Positions 21,727 through 31,811 are shown, counted from the first letter of the stretch. The stretch is DNA of 64,000 nucleotides from Terriglobia bacterium (GCA_963748015.1 CAVVHE010000004.1:896001-960000); one strand, 5' to 3'. The notes: a model not told the origin generated them from the letters alone. Numbers and translations: made by a program.

Positions 21727-23223
21727 ATGCCGGGACATTTCAGCAGCCACCGCCTCGCCGAGATCTTCCGAGATCTTTACCTCCGGGAGCGCTCCGGGGT
21801 GCTGCACCTCGAGCGCGACGGGGCCGAGAAGCGGATCTACTTCGACCGGGGGATGATCCTGTTCGCCGAGTCGAGCGCGGAGGACGAAGACCTCGGCCGC
21901 AGGCTCGTCAGCGAAGGGAAGATCTCCTCGGGCGCGCTGGCCGAGGCGCGGCGGAGCATCAGCGAGCCGAAGGACCTCGCGCAGGCGCTGGTCAATCGCG
22001 GGCTGATCGGGAAGGAGACCCTTTCCCACACGGTCCGGTTCATGGTCGAGCGCATCGTCCAGCTCGTCTTCAAGTGGGAGGGAGGCTCCTCGAAGTTCAA
22101 CGAGGGCTGGCTCCTGCAGGAGATCTTCGAGAGCGACATCCTGAGCACGTTCGAGGTGATCCTCAAGGGGATCGGCGGCATGGTCGGCTTCGAGCCGATA
22201 CGCGACGCCCTCCGGGGGCTCGACAACCGCCTCCGGATCCGCGTGCCTCCTCCGGTACCGCTCGAGCGGCTGGCACTCTCGCCGGCTCACGGGTTCATCC
22301 TCTCCCGGGTGGACGGCACCAGCTCGCTGAACGACATCCTCTCGATCCTGCCGCAAGGCGAGGAGGACCTGGCCTGCAGGTTCCTCTACGGTCTGCTGGT
22401 CATGGGCGTGGTGGCGCACGAGCCGCCGGTGGGGGAGGGGCCGTTCCAGCTCGCCACGATCCTGCGAGACCACGCCGACGGGGTCGCACTCGAGACGGTG
22501 CAGGAGAAGACCGTCCTGCAGGCGTACGAGAATCTGAGGGGCAAGACCCCCCACCAGATCCTCGGCGTCGCGCCGAACGCCTCGCGGGAGTTCATCGAGG
22601 CGGCCTACCAGGAGACCAAGGAGCAGTTCGGCCGGGACAGGCTGCTCCCGAGAGTCCGCGAAAAGCTCCGCTCGGAGCTGGCGGTGATCGACAGCCGGCT
22701 GGTCGAAGCCTTCCTGACGCTCTGCCAGGCTCGCGCGGGGGACGCCGGCTCCCGTCCGGAGGAAGCGGCCGCCGCCGACACGAGGCAACCCATCGGGGTC
22801 TCGGACCTGCTGGTTCGCGTCGAGATGGACAAGACGCACGCCAAGAAGGTGATCGAGGAGAACGCGAAGGTCGCCGACACGTACTTCTCGAAGGCGCGGA
22901 AGTACATGCGCGAAGCCGATTACCACAACGCCATCCAGTACGCGAAGCTGGCCGTCTCGTACTGCCCCGAGGACGCCCGCTTCTATTTCCTGATGGGGGA
23001 GTGCCAGATCCGGAATCCGGAGCCCCGCTGGCAGCGCATGGCCGAGCAGAACTACCTCAAGGCCACCGAGCTCGACCCCTGGAATGCCGACTACCGGGTG
23101 AGCCTGGGACGCTTCTACAAGAGGCGCGGACTGAAGCTTCGCGCGCGCAAGCAGTTCGAGCAGGCCCTCGAGACCGTGCCGAGCCACGAGGCCGCGCTGA
23201 AGGAGATCGAGAGCCTCGGCTGA
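21727..23223 (+). CDS. DUF4388 domain + J-domain-like + TPR protein
   Basis: LAEIFRDLYLRERSGVLHL...IYFDRGMI, VFKWEGG; PHQILGVAPNASREFIEAAY; C-terminal TPRs. Confidence 0.82.
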   Translation: MPGHFSSHRLAEIFRDLYLRERSGVLHLERDGAEKRIYFDRGMILFAESSAEDEDLGRRLVSEGKISSGALAEARRSISEPKDLAQALVNRGLIGKETLSHTVRFMVERIVQLVFKWEGGSSKFNEGWLLQEIFESDILSTFEVILKGIGGMVGFEPIRDALRGLDNRLRIRVPPPVPLERLALSPAHGFILSRVDGTSSLNDILSILPQGEEDLACRFLYGLLVMGVVAHEPPVGEGPFQLATILRDHADGVALETVQEKTVLQAYENLRGKTPHQILGVAPNASREFIEAAYQETKEQFGRDRLLPRVREKLRSELAVIDSRLVEAFLTLCQARAGDAGSRPEEAAAADTRQPIGVSDLLVRVEMDKTHAKKVIEENAKVADTYFSKARKYMREADYHNAIQYAKLAVSYCPEDARFYFLMGECQIRNPEPRWQRMAEQNYLKATELDPWNADYRVSLGRFYKRRGLKLRARKQFEQALETVPSHEAALKEIESLG

Positions 23224-23275
23224 GACCCGCGCCGAGGTCCTACCGCTCCGTCTCCAGGCGCGCACCGCCTCGCGC

Positions 23276-23303
23276 TTGACACCCCCTCCCTCGATGCTAT
23301 AAT
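23276..23303 (+). promoter_or_regulatory. Consensus sigma70 promoter for yceD-rpmF
   Basis: TTGACA-16-TATAAT with an extended -10 TG. Confidence 0.8.
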
Positions 23304-23324
23304 CCGCGCTTTGTCGGAACGAAG

Positions 23325-23846
23325 ATGTTCATTGATATTAACGAGATAGAGCGTGACGGGATCGCCTTCGACCGTCGGCTCGACCTTTCCGGAGTGATCG
23401 TGCCGGGCCCGGACCTGCTCCGGGTCAAGAGCGCGAGGATGGAGGGGCGGGCGGAACGGGGCGAGCAGGGGGTGGTCTTGAGAGCGCGCATGGACGCGAA
23501 GGTGGAGCTCGCGTGCGGACGCTGCACCGAGCCGTTCGACGTGGACCTCGCCCTGCGGTTCGAGCTCACCCTGGTTCCGGACGCCGCGGAGTTCGCGGCC
23601 GGAGAAGCGAGGATCGGCGAAGACGACGCCTCCCTCTTCTACACGCGAGAAGGGAAGGCGGAACTGACCCAGATCGCGGCCGAGCAAATCTATCTCAACC
23701 TTCCCCTGAAACCGGTTTGCCAGAACGGCTGCAAGGGGCTGTGCCCCAACTGCGGGGCCAACAGAAACGTGACCGAGTGCGGTTGCACGGGCGAGAGCAT
23801 CGACCCTCGTCTGGCGCCGCTGCTTCAGTTCAAGAAACGGCGTTAG
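23325..23846 (+). CDS. yceD: YceD/DUF177 family protein
   Basis: CGRCTEP, LPLKPVCQNGCKGLCPNCG, DPRLAPL; directly upstream of rpmF. Confidence 0.92.
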   Translation: MFIDINEIERDGIAFDRRLDLSGVIVPGPDLLRVKSARMEGRAERGEQGVVLRARMDAKVELACGRCTEPFDVDLALRFELTLVPDAAEFAAGEARIGEDDASLFYTREGKAELTQIAAEQIYLNLPLKPVCQNGCKGLCPNCGANRNVTECGCTGESIDPRLAPLLQFKKRR

Positions 23847-23908
23847 CGCTTCCGACCCGCCCGGCCCGAAAGCCGGCAGCGGGAACGTGACCGCCGGCGG
23901 GAACGAAG

Positions 23909-24091
23909 ATGCCGAATCCAAAGAGACGCCACTCCAGAGCGCGCCGCGACAAGCGGCGCACCCACGACGCGCTGGCGGAAACCGGACTGTCCGTCTGTCC
24001 GAACTGCCACGAGAAGAAGCTCCCGCACCGGGTGTGCCCGCATTGCGGCTACTACAAGGGCCGCGAGGTGGTCGAGCCACCCGAGGCGTAG
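23909..24091 (+). CDS. rpmF: 50S ribosomal protein L32 (zinc-binding type)
   Basis: [17 protein letters not shown]...CPNC...[13 protein letters not shown]. Confidence 0.98.
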   Translation: MPNPKRRHSRARRDKRRTHDALAETGLSVCPNCHEKKLPHRVCPHCGYYKGREVVEPPEA

Positions 24092-24315
24092 CGCGTGCCC
24101 GGGCTCCCGGGGACGGCCATCGTCGCGCGAGTGCAACCGAGAGGTGGCGGGCGGAACCGTTTGCCGCCACCCGCGTCCTACCGCTTGAGGTATGATCCGC
24201 GCGATCGTCGTCGCGAAGGGCCCGTTCGTGGAATCGCCACGCCGGGACACGACGCGAGAAGGGTTTCAGTGCGGCGCCCGCCGTCTTGCCGGGGGCGCGA
24301 CATCGGAGGGGGTGC

Positions 24316-25302
24316 ATGTCCTCTCGCAGCGCGGTGATCTCCGGGACGGGGATGAGCGTGCCGTCGCGGGTCGTCACCAACGCCGACCTCGAGAAGATCG
24401 TCGACACCAGCGACGAGTGGATCGTGACGCGCACCGGAATCCGGGAGCGCCACGTCGCCGCCGACGACGAGTACATGTCGCAGTTCGCCACCGAGGCGGC
24501 CCGGAAGGCGCTCGAGGCGGCATCGGTGGACGCGGCCGACGTCGATCTCGTGATCTGCGCCACCGTGACCCCCGACATGCCGATCCCGGCGACCTCCTGC
24601 ACGATTCAGCACCGTCTCGGCTGCCGCAAGGCCGCGGCGTTCGACATCCAGGCGGGCTGCTCGGGATTCATCTACGCGCAGTCGATCGCGAAGCAGTTTC
24701 TGCTCACCTCGAGGTACCGGCACGTTCTCGTGATCGGAGCCGAGCTCCTGACCAAGTACCTCGACTGGAGCGATCGGGGAACCTGCGTGATCTTCGCCGA
24801 TGGGGCGGGGGCCACGCTGATGAGCGCCGGGGAGCCTCCCAGGGGCGTTCTCGCCTCGGTGCTCCACACCGACGGGAGCATGCTCGACTTCATCACCCTC
24901 GAGGGCGGGGGGAGCATGCATCCCCCCACCGAGGCGACCGTCAAGAACCGCCAGCACTACATCCGGATGAAGGGGAACGAGACCTTCAAGATCGCGGTCA
25001 GGATGATCGAGGAGGTCTCGCGCGAAGCGCTCGATCTCGCGGGGCTGAAACCTTCGGACGTCGACTGGTTCATCCCGCACCAGGCGAATCTCCGCATCAT
25101 CGACGCGGTAGGAAAGCGGCTCGGGATCTCGGACGAGCGCTGCTACGTCAACATCGACCGGTACGGCAACACCTCGGCGGCCTCGATTCCGATCGCCCTC
25201 GACGAGGTGGTGCGCTCCGGCAAGGTCGAGCAGGGGCAGATCGTCCTCATGGCGGCATTCGGGGCCGGCGTGACCTGGGCGGCGTCGGTGGTGCGCTGGT
25301 GA
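24316..25302 (+). CDS. fabH: 3-oxoacyl-ACP synthase III
   Basis: DTSDEWIVTRTGIRER, AGCSGF, PHQANLRII, GNTSAASIP. Confidence 0.97.
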   Translation: MSSRSAVISGTGMSVPSRVVTNADLEKIVDTSDEWIVTRTGIRERHVAADDEYMSQFATEAARKALEAASVDAADVDLVICATVTPDMPIPATSCTIQHRLGCRKAAAFDIQAGCSGFIYAQSIAKQFLLTSRYRHVLVIGAELLTKYLDWSDRGTCVIFADGAGATLMSAGEPPRGVLASVLHTDGSMLDFITLEGGGSMHPPTEATVKNRQHYIRMKGNETFKIAVRMIEEVSREALDLAGLKPSDVDWFIPHQANLRIIDAVGKRLGISDERCYVNIDRYGNTSAASIPIALDEVVRSGKVEQGQIVLMAAFGAGVTWAASVVRW

Positions 25303-26240
25303 GGCCGGTCGCGTTCCTGTTTCCCGGCCAGGGATCCCAGTCGCCGGGAATGGGGAGGGCGCTCGCCTCCGCGTGGCCGGAGTGCGCCGAGGTCTTTCGG
25401 GCGGCGGACGAGGCCCTCGGCACGCCGATCTCGCGGATCTGCTTCGAGGGGACGGAAGCCGAGCTCGCCCGCACCGAGAACACCCAGCCCGCGATACTCA
25501 CCGTGTCGGTGGCGGCGCTCACGGCCCTGAGACGATTCGGGATCCGGCCGGCCGCGGCCGCGGGGCACAGTCTCGGCGAGTATTCCGCGCACGTCGCCGC
25601 CGGGACCCTGGCGTTCGAGGACGCGGTCCGGGCGGTGAGGCTCCGGGGCCGCTTCATGCAAGAGGCCGTCCCCGAGGGGCGCGGGGCCATGGCGGCGATC
25701 CTCGGGATCGAGCCGGCCGATCTCGAGCGCGTCTGCCGCGATAGCGCGGAGGATGAGGTGGTCTCCCCCGCGAATTTCAACGGCCCGGGGCAGGTGGTCA
25801 TCGCGGGACACGCAGGAGCGGTGGAGCGGGCCGGGAAACGGGCGATCGAGGCCGGAGCGCGGAAGGCGATCCCGCTCTCCGTGAGCGCCCCGTTCCACTG
25901 CGCGCTCATGGAGCCCGCCCGCCTCAGGCTGTCGCCGGTCCTCGGCGACATCGAGTTCCACGACCCGGCCGTTCCCGTCTACACGAACGTGGACGCGGCG
26001 CCGGTCACGACCGGCGGCGGGGCGCGGGCGGCGTTACTGCGGCAGGTCGCCTCGCCGGTGCGCTGGGAAGAGCTCGTCCTCGGCATGCTCGACGCGGGCT
26101 TCGACACGTTCGTCGAGGTCGGGCCGGGCAACGTGCTCGCGGGGTTGCTCCGGCGTATCCGTCGTGACGCGCGCGTGATGCCGGCGTCCGAGCCGGCCGA
26201 GATCGAGGCGGTGGCGAAAGAGCTGGGAGGCGTCGCATGA
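25299..26240 (+). CDS. fabD: Malonyl CoA-ACP transacylase
   Basis: FLFPGQGSQ, GHSLGEY, SAPFHC, EVGPG. Confidence 0.97.
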   Translation: MRPVAFLFPGQGSQSPGMGRALASAWPECAEVFRAADEALGTPISRICFEGTEAELARTENTQPAILTVSVAALTALRRFGIRPAAAAGHSLGEYSAHVAAGTLAFEDAVRAVRLRGRFMQEAVPEGRGAMAAILGIEPADLERVCRDSAEDEVVSPANFNGPGQVVIAGHAGAVERAGKRAIEAGARKAIPLSVSAPFHCALMEPARLRLSPVLGDIEFHDPAVPVYTNVDAAPVTTGGGARAALLRQVASPVRWEELVLGMLDAGFDTFVEVGPGNVLAGLLRRIRRDARVMPASEPAEIEAVAKELGGVA

Positions 26241-26968
26241 GCGGCTCGTTCGAAGGAAAGGTCGCGCTCGTCACGGGCGCCGGGCGGGGCATCGGTCGCG
26301 CGATCGCGGTTCGCCTGGCCGCGGAAGGGGCCAGGGTGGTCGCAACGGATCTCCGGTTCGAGGAGGGGGCGCGGGAGGAGGCGAGCGGGGCGATCCGCAA
26401 CGTCGTCATGGACATCACGGACGACGCGGCGGTCGAGAGCGGCGTCCAGGACCTCCTGAAAGACTATGGTACAATCCCGCTCCTCGTGAACAACGCGGGA
26501 ATCACCCGCGACAACCTCCTGCTCCGGATGAAGAAGGATGAGTGGGACGCGGTGATCGCCACGAACCTCACGGGGACCTATCGTCTCTGCCGGACGCTCA
26601 TCCCCTCGATGGTGCGCGCCCGGTACGGCAGGATCGTGAACGTCTCGTCGGTCGTGGCCCGGCTGGGAAACGCCGGCCAGGCCAATTACGCCGCGGCGAA
26701 GGCGGGGGTGGAGGGGCTCACGAGGACCCTCGCCCGCGAGTTCGCCTCGAGGAACATCACGGTGAACTGCGTCGCGCCGGGATTCATCGACACCGCGATG
26801 ACCAAGGGTTTGAGCGAAGAGGCCCGCTCCCGGCTCATGGACCTCGTCCCGCTCAAGCGGCTCGGCACGCCGGAGGACGTCGCTTCGGGGGTCCTCTTCC
26901 TGCTCGGCGATCCTTCCTCGTATATCACGGGAACCACCCTTTACATCAACGGCGGCATGTACATGTAG
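26237..26968 (+). CDS. fabG: 3-oxoacyl-ACP reductase
   Basis: TGAGRGIG, NNAGITRD, GQANYAAAK, APGFIDT. Confidence 0.97.
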   Translation: MSGSFEGKVALVTGAGRGIGRAIAVRLAAEGARVVATDLRFEEGAREEASGAIRNVVMDITDDAAVESGVQDLLKDYGTIPLLVNNAGITRDNLLLRMKKDEWDAVIATNLTGTYRLCRTLIPSMVRARYGRIVNVSSVVARLGNAGQANYAAAKAGVEGLTRTLAREFASRNITVNCVAPGFIDTAMTKGLSEEARSRLMDLVPLKRLGTPEDVASGVLFLLGDPSSYITGTTLYINGGMYM

Positions 26969-27034
26969 GCGGAGCGGCCGCCGCGCGGATGCGTTCGCGC
27001 CGCGGCCCCAAGCACCCCACGGAGGTTGCGAGCG

Positions 27035-27274
27035 ATGGCTTCGGTCGAGGAAAAAGTCAAGAGAATCATCGTGGACCAGCTCGGGGTCGACGAGGACGAG
27101 GTCAAGCCCGAGTCCTCTTTCGTCGACGACCTCGGCGCCGATTCGCTGGACGTGGTCGAACTCGTCATGGCCCTCGAGGAGGAGTTCGGCCTCGAGATCA
27201 ACGACGAGGACGCCGAGAAGATCTCCAACGTGAAGCAGGCGATCGACTACATCTCGAGCCACGCCAAACCCTGA
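27035..27274 (+). CDS. acpP: Acyl carrier protein
   Basis: [21 protein letters not shown]. Confidence 0.98.
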   Translation: MASVEEKVKRIIVDQLGVDEDEVKPESSFVDDLGADSLDVVELVMALEEEFGLEINDEDAEKISNVKQAIDYISSHAKP

Positions 27275-27410
27275 TCGCGCGGCGATCGCCCGACGGCACG
27301 CCGGGGCACCTCAGGGGGTGCCGCGGGATTGAGGGAGCGCGCGGCCGCGTGGTGCCGGAACCCTTGTTCCGGTCCTCAGGCCGTCGAGGCGCGTTCCGCG
27401 GAGCCGTTTC

Positions 27411-28652
27411 ATGAGACGAAGGGTCGTCATCACCGGCGTGGGCATCGTTTCGCCGCTCGGCCTCGATGCGCCTTCCACGTGGGGGGCGCTTCTCGACGGG
27501 AGGAGCGGCATCGGGCCGATCACCCGTTTCGACGCGTCGGCCTATCCGTGCCGCATCGCCGGCGAAGTTCGCGGGTTCGACCCGGAGAAGTTCATCGACC
27601 GGAAAGAAGCCCGCAAGATGGACACCTTCATCCACTACGCGATCTCGGCGTCGAAGGAGGCCATCGATGCCGGGGGTCTCGTCATCGACGAGAAGAACGC
27701 GGAGGCGGTGGGGGTCTTCATCGGCTCCGGCATAGGCGGCTTGCCGCTGCTCGAGCGGACGCACCAGGAACTGCTCGAGCGCGGCCCTCGGCGCATCTCG
27801 CCGTTCTTCATCCCGGGGATGATCTCCAACCTCGCCGCCGGGCAGGTGTCGATCCTCTTCGGCGCCAAGGGGCCCAACCTCGCGGTGGTCACCGCGTGCG
27901 CCACCGGCACCCACGCGGTGGGCGAGTCCTTCCGCCTCATCCGCGACGGCTACGCCGACGCGATGATCACGGGCGGGACCGAGGCCGTGATCTGCCCCCT
28001 CGCCGTCGGCGGGTTCTGCGCGATGAAGGCCCTCTCGACACGGAACGACGAGCCCGAGAAGGCGAGTCGGCCGTTCGACGCGGAGCGCGACGGGTTCGTG
28101 ATGGGGGAAGGGGCGGGAGTCCTCCTCCTCGAGGAGCGGGAGATCGCGCTCGCTCGAGGCGCGCCGATCGTGGCGGAAGTCGTCGGATATGGCTTGAGCG
28201 GCGACGCGTACCACATCTCCGCGCCGTCGGAGGACGGCGACGGAGCCGCGCGCAGCATGGCGCAGGCCCTTCGAGACGCGGCGATGCCCGCCGATCAGGT
28301 GGACTACATCAACGCCCACGGCACCTCGACCCCCGCGGGGGACCGCATCGAGGTGCTCGCGGTCAAGACCGTGTTCGGAGCGCATGCGAGGCGGCTCGCG
28401 ATCTCCTCCACGAAATCGATGACCGGCCATCTCCTCGGGGCGGCGGGAGGTCTCGAGACCGCCGTGGCGGCGCTCGCGATCCGGGACCAGCGCGTCCCTC
28501 CCACGATCAACCAGACCGCTCCCGATCCCGAGTGCGATCTCGATTTCGTCCCGAACGCCGCGCGCTCGATGACGGTGCGGGCGGTGATGAGCAACTCCTT
28601 CGGTTTCGGCGGCACCAACGCGACGATCCTGCTGGCGAGGCACGAGGCCTGA
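27411..28652 (+). CDS. fabF: 3-oxoacyl-ACP synthase II
   Basis: RRVVITG, TACATGTHA, NAHGTST, KSMTGHLLGAAG, NSFGFGGTN. Confidence 0.98.
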   Translation: MRRRVVITGVGIVSPLGLDAPSTWGALLDGRSGIGPITRFDASAYPCRIAGEVRGFDPEKFIDRKEARKMDTFIHYAISASKEAIDAGGLVIDEKNAEAVGVFIGSGIGGLPLLERTHQELLERGPRRISPFFIPGMISNLAAGQVSILFGAKGPNLAVVTACATGTHAVGESFRLIRDGYADAMITGGTEAVICPLAVGGFCAMKALSTRNDEPEKASRPFDAERDGFVMGEGAGVLLLEEREIALARGAPIVAEVVGYGLSGDAYHISAPSEDGDGAARSMAQALRDAAMPADQVDYINAHGTSTPAGDRIEVLAVKTVFGAHARRLAISSTKSMTGHLLGAAGGLETAVAALAIRDQRVPPTINQTAPDPECDLDFVPNAARSMTVRAVMSNSFGFGGTNATILLARHEA

Positions 28653-28677
28653 CGCGGCGGGTTCCTGGGTGAATGCG

Positions 28678-29460
28678 ATGAAGATCCTGGTGGGAATCAA
28701 GCACGTCCCCGACACGGAGGCCAAGGTCAAGATCGCCGCCGACGGGGTCTCCCTCGACGAGAGCGCGATCAAGATGGTCATGTCGCCTTTCGACGAGTTC
28801 GCCCTCGAGGAGGCCCTCCGCATCCGGGAAGCCCGCGGAGGCGAGGTGATCGTGGTCTGCGCGGGAAAGGAATCGGCACAGGCATCGCTGCGCCAGGGGC
28901 TCGCCATGGGCGCGGACCGCGCGGTCCTGATCGAGGACGACCGATTCGATCGCGCCGACGCCCTCGCCCGCGCTCGCGCGATCGCCGCTGTCGCGAGGGC
29001 GGAGGCCCCCGATCTCATCCTCCTAGGGAAGTACGGGGTCGGGACCGACGACGGGCAGACCGGCCCGATGCTCGCGGAGGTTCTCGACCTGCCGCACACC
29101 TCCGCCGTCACTTTCCTCGCGCTCGGCGAAGGCACCTTCGAGGCGCGGCGCGAGATCGAGGGAGCGGTCGAGGTGGCTCAGGGCTCGCTCCCGGCGGTGA
29201 TCACCTGCGACAAGGGGCTCAACGAGCCGCGCTACCCGTCCCTCAAGGGGATCATGGCGGCCAAGAAGAAGCCGCTCGATGCGAAGAAGGCCGCCGACCT
29301 CGGACTCGACCCCGACGATCTCGCGCCCGGACGGCGGGTGGTCTGGGAGTCGCTGGCGCTGCCGCCGGGGCGCAAGGCCGGGCGGGTGATCACGGGGGAA
29401 GCGGCGGAAACCGCGCGCGAGGTGGCGCGCCTCCTGCACGAAGAGGCGAAGGTGATCTGA
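28678..29460 (+). CDS. etfB: Electron transfer flavoprotein beta subunit
   Basis: KHVPDT, PFDEFALEEAL, LAMGADRA, NEPRYPSLKGIMAAKKK. Confidence 0.96.
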   Translation: MKILVGIKHVPDTEAKVKIAADGVSLDESAIKMVMSPFDEFALEEALRIREARGGEVIVVCAGKESAQASLRQGLAMGADRAVLIEDDRFDRADALARARAIAAVARAEAPDLILLGKYGVGTDDGQTGPMLAEVLDLPHTSAVTFLALGEGTFEARREIEGAVEVAQGSLPAVITCDKGLNEPRYPSLKGIMAAKKKPLDAKKAADLGLDPDDLAPGRRVVWESLALPPGRKAGRVITGEAAETAREVARLLHEEAKVI

Positions 29461-30455
29461 TGGCGGCCAACGTACTGGTGTTCGCGGAACGCCGCGGCGG
29501 GGAAGTGAAGCGCGCGGCCTTGGAGATGCTCGGCGTGGCGCGGCGCCTAGCGGACGCTTCCGGCGGGCGCGTGGACGTTCTCGCCGTCGGCCCGGGAGCG
29601 GCGGGCTGCGCCCCGGGCCTCGCCGCGCACGGTGCCGATCGCGTCTTCGCGTGCGAGGCTCCCTTCATGGAGACCTACGCCCCCGAGGCCTACGCTGCCG
29701 CGCTCGCCGAGGCGGCGAGGAAGGGGGAAGCGGATGTGGTGCTGGTCGCTTCGACGGCCATGGGTCGCGACCTGGCGCCCCGCGCGGCGGCGCGTCTAGG
29801 CGTCGGCTGCCTCAGCGACCTCGTGGAGATCGATGCCGCGCCGGGGGGCGGGCTGCGGGGCCGGCGATCCGTCTACTCCGGGAAGGCGATCGCGACCGTG
29901 TCGGTGCCCGCGGGGGTCCGCCCCGCCTTGGCGTCGCTTCGCCCGAACGTCTTCCCCGTTCCCGCCGCGGCGGCGGGGCGTTCCGCGGCGGTCGTGCCGT
30001 TCGACTCGCCCGTCCCGGAGTCGGCCCTCAGGGTCCGGACCGTCCGGGTCGAGAAGGGGGCGGAGCAGGAGCTGGACGTCGCCGAGGCCAAGATCATCGT
30101 GTCCGGCGGGCGCGGCCTCAAGGGGCCGGAGAATTTCTCCCTGGTTCGCGATCTCGCGCAGGCCTTGGGCGGCGCGGTCGGCGCGTCGCGCGCCGTGGTC
30201 GACCAGGGCTGGATCGGCCACGCCCACCAGGTCGGCCAGACCGGAAAGGTCGTTTCGCCGGACCTCTATGTGGCGTGCGGCATTTCGGGCGCGATCCAGC
30301 ACCTCGCCGGCATGTCGTCCTCGAAGGTGATCGTCGCGGTGAACAAGGACCCCGAGGCGCCGATCTTCAAGGTGGCCGACTACGGGATCGTGGGCGACGC
30401 GCTCGAGGTCCTTCCCAAGCTCACCGAGGAGATCCGCAAGCTCAAGCGGGATTGA
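29460..30455 (+). CDS. etfA: Electron transfer flavoprotein alpha subunit
   Basis: [44 protein letters not shown]. Confidence 0.97.
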   Translation: MAANVLVFAERRGGEVKRAALEMLGVARRLADASGGRVDVLAVGPGAAGCAPGLAAHGADRVFACEAPFMETYAPEAYAAALAEAARKGEADVVLVASTAMGRDLAPRAAARLGVGCLSDLVEIDAAPGGGLRGRRSVYSGKAIATVSVPAGVRPALASLRPNVFPVPAAAAGRSAAVVPFDSPVPESALRVRTVRVEKGAEQELDVAEAKIIVSGGRGLKGPENFSLVRDLAQALGGAVGASRAVVDQGWIGHAHQVGQTGKVVSPDLYVACGISGAIQHLAGMSSSKVIVAVNKDPEAPIFKVADYGIVGDALEVLPKLTEEIRKLKRD

Positions 30456-30461
30456 CGGACG

Positions 30462-30490
30462 AGGCCGGGCCGAGGAGCCCGGCCTTTCTT
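30462..30490 (+). terminator. Intrinsic terminator after etfA
   Basis: AGGCCGGGC-CGAGGA-GCCCGGCCT followed by TTCTT, between convergent genes. Confidence 0.7.
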
Positions 30491-30518
30491 CTCCGACGAT
30501 CTTCCGCGCCGCCGGGCC

Positions 30519-31592
30519 TCAGACCTCCTGGTAGAAGTACGGCTTGAGGCACTGGATCCGCTGCTCGTAGTCCTCCGGGTAGAGGAACCAGGTCGTGGCG
30601 GCCACGGACGACAGGAGCGAGTTCCCGTCCTGCGGCGTGAAGCAGTAGCCGACGATCTCCGTTTCGTTCCGGACGGCGAGCGTCGGAAGAGAGATGACCG
30701 TCACGTTCAGGATCCGACCGAAATGCCCGTGGTCGCGGCCGAAGGAGAACACGGCGTTGGCGGAGTCCTTGTAGGTGACCGCCATCCTGTCGTTCGACGC
30801 GATCAGCTCCTTGAGCCGCTTCACCGTCGTGGGATTCTTGACGCGGATGTCGAAGAAGATCGTGTGCATGTACTGCGTGTTGAGCTTGAGGGCGGAGGAA
30901 AAGAGGTTGAGGTCGTACCCCATCGTGTTGAACAGGTGCCAGGCGTCGCGCGCGTGATGGGTACCGAACCGGACGTCCTTGTGCTTGCCCACGACGGGGG
31001 AGGGAACGAAGCTGCTGTCCTGCGAGATGTCGTTCGCCCGGCGCATGCAGACGAACCTTCCCTCGACGAGGTTGTCCGGACCGCCGTCCGCGAGGGCCAG
31101 CGTCTCGATGAGGATCGACAGGTTGTGCGTGTTGCAGGAAACCACCTGGATGAACTGGTCCTCCCCCTTGATCAGGGAGCGGTCGTTGATCCCTCGCGCG
31201 TACGGCTTACCGAAGCCGAACTCGCTCCCCTGGGCGATGAAACCGAGGGTGCTGCCCGTGTACTTCTCGTAATACTCCGACTTGTTCTGCGTCCCGACGC
31301 CGGACGGGGTGCAGTCGATGACGACCGCGGCGCGCTCGAGCGCCTCGCGCGTGCCGAAGGAGGGCTCCATCCCGAGCTCCCGGAATCCCTTCGCCGCCTC
31401 CTCCTCCACGCAGAGCTTGGCGCCGCGGCGGATGAGGTTCTGGACCTTCGAGCGGTCGGTGAGCAGCGGGGTCCGCTTGTGGAACGTGACCTCGTCGATG
31501 CCCAGCGGCTTCTTGAAGTCCGACAGGAGCCCGATGAGCGGTTCCCCGATGGTTCCCGTTCCGATGACGTGGACTACGGCGTTACGGGCCAT
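30519..31592 (-). CDS. Archaeal-type (class II) glyceraldehyde-3-phosphate dehydrogenase homolog
   Basis: GTGTIG Rossmann start, VIDCTPSGVG, IAQGSE, VVSCNTHN, RRAND, GTHHARDA and QYMH align with archaeal GAPDH motifs. Confidence 0.8.
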   Translation of the reverse strand: MARNAVVHVIGTGTIGEPLIGLLSDFKKPLGIDEVTFHKRTPLLTDRSKVQNLIRRGAKLCVEEEAAKGFRELGMEPSFGTREALERAAVVIDCTPSGVGTQNKSEYYEKYTGSTLGFIAQGSEFGFGKPYARGINDRSLIKGEDQFIQVVSCNTHNLSILIETLALADGGPDNLVEGRFVCMRRANDISQDSSFVPSPVVGKHKDVRFGTHHARDAWHLFNTMGYDLNLFSSALKLNTQYMHTIFFDIRVKNPTTVKRLKELIASNDRMAVTYKDSANAVFSFGRDHGHFGRILNVTVISLPTLAVRNETEIVGYCFTPQDGNSLLSSVAATTWFLYPEDYEQRIQCLKPYFYQEV

Positions 31593-31652
31593 GATCTAGT
31601 CTCCTGGGTGCACGGTGGGGAGGCCCGAGGCGGGCCGACCCGTTGGCCACCC

Positions 31653-31739
31653 AATATGTCACGCTCGCGTTCGCCGTGTCAATCGAGGCGGGTGCTCCGG
31701 CCCGCCGCCTTGACACCCGGGCAGCCGGACCTGTAGAAT
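31653..31739. promoter_or_regulatory. Divergent sigma70-like promoters for the GAPDH homolog and hprK
   Basis: Minus: TTGACA-18-CATATT (31682-31653). Plus: TTGACA-18-TAGAAT (31710-31739). Confidence 0.6.
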
Positions 31740-31811
31740 CCGCGATCGTCAATCCGATCAATCACTTGGAGCCGGTTCTTGAGCGGCCACGAAAGCTGCA
31801 CGATACCCGTG

